From Bacteroidales bacterium (GTDB taxonomy: Bacteria > Bacteroidota > Bacteroidia > Bacteroidales > WCHB1-69): 64,000 bases of DNA. Below the pieces are notes generated by a model, which saw only the letters and a program-made list of their open reading frames with translations, did not search any database and was not told the DNA's origin. A program made the translations under genes and the position numbers. This document shows, piece by piece, positions 58,276 to 64,000 of the stretch; position 1 is the first letter of the stretch; every line of letters starts with the position of its first letter. Where the stretch lies: positions 76,002 to 140,001 of the forward strand of contig JAFZZT010000050.1 in assembly GCA_017615595.1 (NCBI GenBank), read 5' to 3'.

Positions 58276-58782
58276 ATGAATATGAGCAAAATCAGAACAT
58301 ACATCCACCGGCTGATGGAACCGCAGTTTGTCCGCTTTTTATTCACGGCGGCGCTCAACACGGCGGTTGGTTGGTGTATCTTCGCCTCGTTGCGTTATCT
58401 GTTTGGGTTGATTCCGAACATTGATGCCTTGTTTTGGGCCAACTTCTTCGGGACCATCATCAGTGTGCTCTTCAACTTCAAGACTTACGGAGCGATCGTC
58501 TTCCGAAACAAGGATTTCAAGTTGATTTTCAAGTTTGTGCTGGTCTATTCCGTCACATTCTTCTGCAATTACTTCCTGATTCGCTTATTCAAAGACCAAT
58601 GGGAAATCAACAACTACATCGCCGCTGCGATTGTCGCGGTGCCTATCGGCTTCCTGAATTATTTCCTCAACAAATACTTCACCTATGTAAAAGAACAAAA
58701 AGTATGGCACTATTTGGTTCTAGCGGCCATACTAATCGTTGAGGTGATCATCTTCATCTTGCTAAAGACAGTAGGCGAATAG
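58276..58782 (+). CDS. GtrA family membrane protein (polyprenyl-phosphate-sugar translocase family)
   Basis: 4 TM segments. FVRFLFTAALNTAVGWCIF N-terminal block. TATTTTTG box about 15 nt upstream. Confidence 0.75.
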   Translation: MNMSKIRTYIHRLMEPQFVRFLFTAALNTAVGWCIFASLRYLFGLIPNIDALFWANFFGTIISVLFNFKTYGAIVFRNKDFKLIFKFVLVYSVTFFCNYFLIRLFKDQWEINNYIAAAIVAVPIGFLNYFLNKYFTYVKEQKVWHYLVLAAILIVEVIIFILLKTVGE

Positions 58783-58787
58783 ATTGG

Positions 58788-59309
58788 CTACGACAGATAG
58801 ACATCTATCAATCCTTCCGGAGTATCCACATAAAGCACCTTGTTTTCTCTATCCACCTTTGTCACAAACTGTTGTGATGCAGGTATCAGGATTTCGACAC
58901 CGTCATGGTCAATTTGCATCACGGGGTTATTGGTCAGTTCCATGAATCCGATGCAATTACCGATAACGCCTTTGGCTTGGTCATGGACCTGGAACCCTAT
59001 CACTTCATGGAAATAGAAGCGGTTTCCATCGAGGGGCGGGAGCTCGCTCAACGGCAGGTAGAGGTCTGTTTGGACGAGATCCTTGGCAGCCTCGGCATCC
59101 ATATCTTGGAAGAAAACGAGAAACTGATTGCGACCTCGGTATTGGATTTTATCGATCTGATACGGGATGAGCTCGCCATCGAGGTCGAGGAAGACGGCCG
59201 TGAGGGCCTCATAGCGTTCCGGGTTGTCGGCATCAAAAAAGGCACACAGGCCGCCCTTTAATCCGAAGGGTTTGGTCAGTGTGCCTAGATAGTAGTAGTT
59301 GTTGAACAT
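58788..59309 (-). CDS. rimM: 16S rRNA processing protein RimM
   Basis: LGTLTKPFGLKGG, and a PRC-barrel C-terminus. 1-nt overlap with the rpsP stop. Confidence 0.9.
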   Translation of the reverse strand: MFNNYYYLGTLTKPFGLKGGLCAFFDADNPERYEALTAVFLDLDGELIPYQIDKIQYRGRNQFLVFFQDMDAEAAKDLVQTDLYLPLSELPPLDGNRFYFHEVIGFQVHDQAKGVIGNCIGFMELTNNPVMQIDHDGVEILIPASQQFVTKVDRENKVLYVDTPEGLIDVYLS

Positions 59310-59887
59310 TATGCTTCAGGAGCCTCTTCAACAACAGGAGCCTCGTCGGTTGCGGGAGCAGCGGCTTCTGCCTCAGCTGCGGCTGCGGCGGCCTCTTCCT
59401 CTGCCTTCTTGGCAGCGGCTGCGGCGATTTCAGCGTTGCGAGCTGCGATCTTAGCAGACATAGCTTCCTTCACCTTCGTTTCGGCGGCCAGTCTCTCTTT
59501 TCTAACGTTGCGGGCTGCTTCGGCGTCCATACGAACGATGTTGTTCAGTTTGTTAGCCTTCTCATCCTTCCACTGTTTGAATTTGGATTCGGCCTCTAAC
59601 TCGGAGATAGCGCCTTTGGCGATGCCACCCTTGAGGTGTTTCATCAAATAAACGCCTTCTCTTTTAAGAATCGCACGGGCAGTGTCTGAAGGGGTTGCAC
59701 CATTCTCCAGCCAATACAAAGCGCGATCAAAGTTGATGTTGAGGGTTGCAGGATTGGTCAGTGGGTTATAGGTGCCCAGATCTTCAATAAAACGTCCGTC
59801 ACGTGGTGCACGACCATCCGCAATTACAAGGTGATAAAAAGGTTGGTTCTTTTTACCTCTTCTCTGTAATCTGATTCTTGTTGCCAT
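59309..59887 (-). CDS. rpsP: 30S ribosomal protein S16 with an Ala/Glu/Lys-rich C-terminal extension
   Basis: MATRIRLQRRGKKNQPFYHLVIADGRAPRDGRFIE. An extension of about 100 aa ends in AAAAKKAEEEAAAAAAEAEAAAP. Confidence 0.9.
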   Translation of the reverse strand: MATRIRLQRRGKKNQPFYHLVIADGRAPRDGRFIEDLGTYNPLTNPATLNINFDRALYWLENGATPSDTARAILKREGVYLMKHLKGGIAKGAISELEAESKFKQWKDEKANKLNNIVRMDAEAARNVRKERLAAETKVKEAMSAKIAARNAEIAAAAAKKAEEEAAAAAAEAEAAAPATDEAPVVEEAPEA

Positions 59888-59922
59888 AATTTATTGATAT
59901 TAGTGTTTAAAAATTTGGACGG

Positions 59923-59930
59923 CAAAAATA
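59923..59930 (-). promoter_or_regulatory. -7 box TATTTTTG for the rpsP-rimM operon
   Basis: The minus strand reads TTTTGTATTTTTGCCGTCCAAATTT, about 36 nt upstream of the ATG. Confidence 0.6.
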
Positions 59931-60047
59931 CAAAATTCTTTGACTTTCACAACACCCCATCTTAGTCTTTTAAAAAAGCGATACAATCTTCATTTTCAAC
60001 AATTTAATAATCATCGCCGATGATCATCCACCAACAATCAGCGCTCA

Positions 60048-62309
60048 TTATTTCAATTGTTGGCGCAGTTTGTCCGCATCTGCTTGCTTGCCGCGCTTCT
60101 CCAGACTCTTAATCATCTCCTTATACAGATTTCGATAGGCTTGTTGTTCGTTAGTAACTCCTGTTTTACCCTCATACACGAGCCACAACTGGGTCAAGGC
60201 ATCATCCACGCGATCCACATCGATAGCCTTCTGGAACTCCTTCTTGGCAGACACCAGGTCGTTGCGCTGAAGATACACGCGAATAGCCAATTGGTATGCT
60301 TGTGAGTACTTGGGATTGAACTTGCTGATTTGGCGAAGTGTATTGAGGGCCTCGTCCTCCTTTTGTTGGCCCAGCAGGGAGTAGGCATACATTAGCTTCA
60401 GACCTTCGGAATTGGGTTCATAGGCCAACGCCTTGTTCAGGTAGAACTGGGCGCTATCAGGATGATTTGTCCGAACCATCACCTCGGAGAGGCCGAGAAG
60501 GGAGACATAGTTGTCTGGATCCACGGCAAGGGCCTGATGATAGAGCATGGCAGCGGAGTCCAACTTGTTGGCGTTTTTGAGTTTAAAGGCCTCGTGACTG
60601 AACTTCTCCTGTCTTTTCAGCACGATGGCGATAGGCACACCATCCACCTCGATGGTCTTGACCGTATTCTTTGGCGGGAAGGCCTTGCTGGTCAGGTACT
60701 CGGGATTAATGCCGGTGATGGTAAAAACGGCATAGTCCCAATCGGAATTATCGCGTTCATACCAACGCAGGAAGGCTGGTTTGAAGCGGGTGGTGTCGTT
60801 GCGCAGAAAATAGCTGACGGAGGCGGTATGCCAGGTGCCGACTATGATTTTAGAGCCATCTGGTTTAGGTTCCGCGTTGGCCATCACCCATTCGGTAGCT
60901 TCGCGGGTGGAGTGATAGTAGTAGTCGAGTTCGTAGTTGCCAAAAGCTTTTTTGACGCCCCCTGAGAGCTCGTTGAAATAGACATACTCATAGGGATGGT
61001 TCGCGACAATATGACGGATAGGTCCCACGAGCATGAGCAGCAGCACGACCACGCTGGCGACGTTGACCACCCAACCTCCGCGTTGCACCTTGTTATCGAC
61101 GGAAGCTTCCTTTTGGGCAGCGCGAGCGGCCATTCTCTCCTCCACTTTTCGCACCAATGCCTCGAAGCCCCAGCCGGCAGCAGCGACCATGGGCGGGTAG
61201 GCGAACATAGCATGACGCCAGCCACCATAGACATTGGCATGGGTGACCACAATCCAGAAAACAGGAAACACGAAGGTGAAGAACAAGAAGAATGCGTTGA
61301 AGCGGTCTTCTTTCTTACGCCAACAGAAAATGAAGTAGAGGATCACGCCGACAATGACCGCGACAGGGATCGTTATCAGGATATATTTCGGGGTATAGTA
61401 CCAAGGAAGCATATCGGACCAGAGGATGTTACCTTCAAAGAGTTGGCGGATAGACGTGGCGAAGGAAGACATCAGCTTGAACGATTCAATTGGATGCTTA
61501 ATGGGGTTCTGCAATGCGTATGGCCATAGCAACAGCCCCAAGAAATAACCGACTACGCAGATGGAGAGGGCCATGATCACCATTCTAAAGATATATTTTG
61601 CCAGTGGCATCTCTTGGGTTTGTTGGCGACCAGATTTGAGTTTGGCATTTTTACTTCTTTCCACCATCACTTTGATCAAGAATACGAATCCCATCAAACC
61701 GAAGTAGCCATATAAAATCAATCCACCGATACGCACACTAATGGAGTAAGCGATGGCCAGTCCTAGTATCAAATAGGTGTACCATTTGACTTTGGGGAAT
61801 TGTTTGAAAAACAAAATCATACCATAGATGGCCCAAACAACCCCCGCGGCGAAAGGCATGTCCTTGGGGTTGTTGAAGGAGTGGCCCAAGAAACGGGGTG
61901 ACAGAAACAGCAGAAGCATAGCGAAGACTCCGGCACGAGCACCGCCCACTTGGTAAGCGATAAGGCCAACAGCCAAAATAGCAAGCCACCCCATGAAGGA
62001 GTTGAGCACATGACGGGATTTGCTAATATCTTCAATATGTAAAGTCTGGTTTATAAATTCTGCAATTACATCAAAAGATGAGCCATAGTACTGCATGACA
62101 TCCTTATAATTGAGGCAGGTGGTGTCCTCTCCTGAAGTCTTGAAATAGTTGACTACATTCTTCGCTTGAGGGATTTGAAAACCATCCTCATCACCCGAGT
62201 TACCGGCGTCACGGCTCATTATCGGCATAGCTATCATCAAAAAGACCGCGAAGATGACAAATATCCAAAACCACGGGTTGTTTTTATTTTGCGTGAAAAA
62301 ATTCTTCAT
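60048..62309 (-). CDS. GT-C fold glycosyltransferase (PMT_2/ArnT-like, family 39-type) fused to C-terminal TPR repeats
   Basis: About 11-13 TM segments in the N-terminal 500 aa or so. Acidic first loop NSGDEDGF after TM1. The C-terminal 190 aa or so has TPR units (ALAVDPDNY..., ALAYEPNSE..., ISKFNPKYS...). Confidence 0.65.
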   Translation of the reverse strand: MKNFFTQNKNNPWFWIFVIFAVFLMIAMPIMSRDAGNSGDEDGFQIPQAKNVVNYFKTSGEDTTCLNYKDVMQYYGSSFDVIAEFINQTLHIEDISKSRHVLNSFMGWLAILAVGLIAYQVGGARAGVFAMLLLFLSPRFLGHSFNNPKDMPFAAGVVWAIYGMILFFKQFPKVKWYTYLILGLAIAYSISVRIGGLILYGYFGLMGFVFLIKVMVERSKNAKLKSGRQQTQEMPLAKYIFRMVIMALSICVVGYFLGLLLWPYALQNPIKHPIESFKLMSSFATSIRQLFEGNILWSDMLPWYYTPKYILITIPVAVIVGVILYFIFCWRKKEDRFNAFFLFFTFVFPVFWIVVTHANVYGGWRHAMFAYPPMVAAAGWGFEALVRKVEERMAARAAQKEASVDNKVQRGGWVVNVASVVVLLLMLVGPIRHIVANHPYEYVYFNELSGGVKKAFGNYELDYYYHSTREATEWVMANAEPKPDGSKIIVGTWHTASVSYFLRNDTTRFKPAFLRWYERDNSDWDYAVFTITGINPEYLTSKAFPPKNTVKTIEVDGVPIAIVLKRQEKFSHEAFKLKNANKLDSAAMLYHQALAVDPDNYVSLLGLSEVMVRTNHPDSAQFYLNKALAYEPNSEGLKLMYAYSLLGQQKEDEALNTLRQISKFNPKYSQAYQLAIRVYLQRNDLVSAKKEFQKAIDVDRVDDALTQLWLVYEGKTGVTNEQQAYRNLYKEMIKSLEKRGKQADADKLRQQLK

Positions 62310-62370
62310 GACTATTGAATGATCTGGATTTTACGTATATGTTAGCAATTTAGAAAAAATAGGGTTCGGC

Positions 62371-63087
62371 TTATTTAAGTATTTTCCGTAATCTGGAAAT
62401 GTTTTTGATATAATTCTTAATGGTGGCGAAGAGTTTGACTTTGGTACGAGAATCATCTATCCACTCAACAGGAAGTTCATGGATTTTAACACCCATTCTT
62501 TCAGCGCGCAACAACATCTCGATAATGAAGAACCATCCGTTTTCATCTTTTGAAGAGACGGCTACCAGTTTTTCGGCGGTTTCTTTTTTAAAGAACTTAA
62601 AACCACAAATCGCATCCGAGGCTTTCATGTCAAGGAAGAAATGCAATAAGAAAAGCAAGCCATACGAAGTGATGTTGCGATACCATTTCCGTCCTGAGAC
62701 AACTGATTCCTTGCTGAAGCGAGAACCGTTGACAAACTCCAATTCAGGGTCGTTGATAAACAATTCTTGGACTGGAATCAGATATTTCAAATCTGTTGAT
62801 AAATCAACGTCCATATACCCCACATAGTCGCAAGTATTGTTTTTGACACCTTCTCTTATTGCGATTCCGGTACCTCGTTCACCAATCCTGGTATAGTGCA
62901 CCTCCGGATATTTTTGGCACAAAGCCATGGCCACTTGTTCCGTTTTGTCTGTTGACCCATTGTCAATGATATTCAGTTCGAAAGGCATTAATTTATGAGC
63001 GGTCATGAACTCCATCGTCTTGTTTATGCCGTCAGCTAATCGTAGTTCTTCATTTAGAACAGGAAATAAAATGTTTAATGTTGCCAT
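62371..63087 (-). CDS. GT2 family glycosyltransferase, polyprenyl/dolichyl-phosphate hexosyltransferase-like (DPM1/Ppm1/GtrB catalytic type, no TM tail)
   Basis: ILFPVLNEE, IDNGSTDKT, and a DxD-like YMDVDLS. 238 aa. Confidence 0.75.
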   Translation of the reverse strand: MATLNILFPVLNEELRLADGINKTMEFMTAHKLMPFELNIIDNGSTDKTEQVAMALCQKYPEVHYTRIGERGTGIAIREGVKNNTCDYVGYMDVDLSTDLKYLIPVQELFINDPELEFVNGSRFSKESVVSGRKWYRNITSYGLLFLLHFFLDMKASDAICGFKFFKKETAEKLVAVSSKDENGWFFIIEMLLRAERMGVKIHELPVEWIDDSRTKVKLFATIKNYIKNISRLRKILK

Positions 63088-63110
63088 ATAGATAGTCGTT
63101 TATTAGTTTC

Positions 63111-64000
63111 TTATTCGATTTCGGACAATTCTGCCCACAACTCATCTGGGATTGTTTCATTGAGCGCATTGACATTTTTCTCTATTTGAGAAATCTTGCT
63201 ACTTCCAAACACTGGACAAATGTCATGTCTGAGGCACCATTGCAATGCCGCAGCCACATAATCGGCGTTATATTTGTCACAGATTCTCAAAAAACCATCA
63301 ATCCTGTCTTTGTTCTGTGGGTAAAAGTTTTTAGTTTTTTGATAGTCTATAGCGTCGCTTTTGGCTATTCTACTGTCGGAAGGGATGTCGTTTTTATATT
63401 TTCCCGTCAAATATCCTTGGCACAGAGGAGAGAAGCCCATCGTGCCCATTCCATATTTTGTACAGGTGTCTTTATAGCCGCTTTTCACATGTTTTTGGAC
63501 GGCAAACGAATAGATAAACTGTTCCGTCACAGGGCGTTCCAGCCCTAGTTTGTCACATGTTTGGATGCATTCATCCAAAGCTTCGTAGGGCCATTCGGAG
63601 ACTCCCCAATAGAGTGCCCTTCCTGACTGGATCAACATGTTGAACGTTCTGACAATTTCCTCCATGGTGACCTCCGGATCATATCGGTGGGCGAAATACA
63701 CATCGACATATTCGGTGTCGAGTCTTTTCAATGAATCGTTAAAGGCCCAGAGAATATGTTTTCTGGACAAACCCTTGTGATATGGTGTAGGTCCTATAGG
63801 CAAGGATCCCTTTGTAAACAGCACATATTCCTCTCTGGGATATTTTTTCAGACATTGGCCAAGCAGTATTTCTGCGTGGCCATTTCCATAGCTATTGGCA
63901 ACGTCGAAAGACCGTATTCCCAGTTCCCATGCCTTGTCCACAAGAGCCGCCGCACATGACTCATCCATAATTTCTGTGCCAATGGTCAATGCGGAACCAA
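63111..64000 (-). CDS. Aldo/keto reductase (5' end lies beyond the window edge)
   Basis: FDVANSYGNGHAEILLG (the D-x-x-x-Y region), and the GSSKISQIEKN C-terminal motif. About 30 N-terminal residues of a typical AKR are missing, so the gene runs off the window. Confidence 0.8.
   Translation of the reverse strand, partial: GSALTIGTEIMDESCAAALVDKAWELGIRSFDVANSYGNGHAEILLGQCLKKYPREEYVLFTKGSLPIGPTPYHKGLSRKHILWAFNDSLKRLDTEYVDVYFAHRYDPEVTMEEIVRTFNMLIQSGRALYWGVSEWPYEALDECIQTCDKLGLERPVTEQFIYSFAVQKHVKSGYKDTCTKYGMGTMGFSPLCQGYLTGKYKNDIPSDSRIAKSDAIDYQKTKNFYPQNKDRIDGFLRICDKYNADYVAAALQWCLRHDICPVFGSSKISQIEKNVNALNETIPDELWAELSEIE

Noticed and set aside
1-64000. Search for mobile elements, prophage, CRISPR-Cas, restriction-modification, toxin-antitoxin or other defence systems
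   Set aside because: No transposase, integrase, recombinase, reverse transcriptase, Cas, methyltransferase/nuclease pair or small paired ORFs were recognised in any frame. The window reads as core chromosome.

Overview
This window looks like a core-chromosome segment of a Bacteroidota (Bacteroidales-like) genome. The phylum call rests on four things: many exact TAnnTTTG -7 promoter boxes 20-60 nt upstream of start codons, no obvious Shine-Dalgarno sequences, a type IX secretion C-terminal sorting domain, and a fused MurF-Alr gene. I did not attempt a genus call. I support about 58 protein-coding genes, 2 tRNAs (Gln-CTG, Asn-GTT), several hairpin terminators and several promoter boxes.

Most genes are housekeeping:
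- DNA, RNA and protein maintenance: lon, recA, ruvB, smpB, rimM.
- Ribosomal proteins: rpsP, rpmF, rpmE.
- Nucleotide and cofactor metabolism: udk, folA, rdgB.
- Isoprenoid synthesis: ispD, ispE.
- Cell wall and envelope: murF, anmK, sppA.
- Transport: a nupG-like nucleoside permease, azlCD.

I found no transposase, integrase, phage, CRISPR, toxin-antitoxin or recognisable defence genes, and no clear-cut novel system.

The best candidates for follow-up are:
1. A tight four-gene envelope operon (147-5333). It is built around an extreme Tyr/Trp/His-rich, mucin-like lipoprotein and a FadL/PorV-like barrel.
2. A second mucin-like protein (28843-29967) that shares a TARPATTT module with the first.
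3. A GT2 + GT-C/TPR (PMT/TMTC-like) pair with a nearby GtrA. This could be a periplasmic glycosylation route whose substrates may be the Ser/Thr-rich proteins.
4. A eukaryote-like SRD5A steroid 5-alpha-reductase homologue.
5. A PurF-like protein with Gly at the nucleophile Cys position.
6. An identical 22-nt promoter/leader element shared by two ribosomal-protein operons.

All family calls come from motif recognition by eye. No searches or computations were run.
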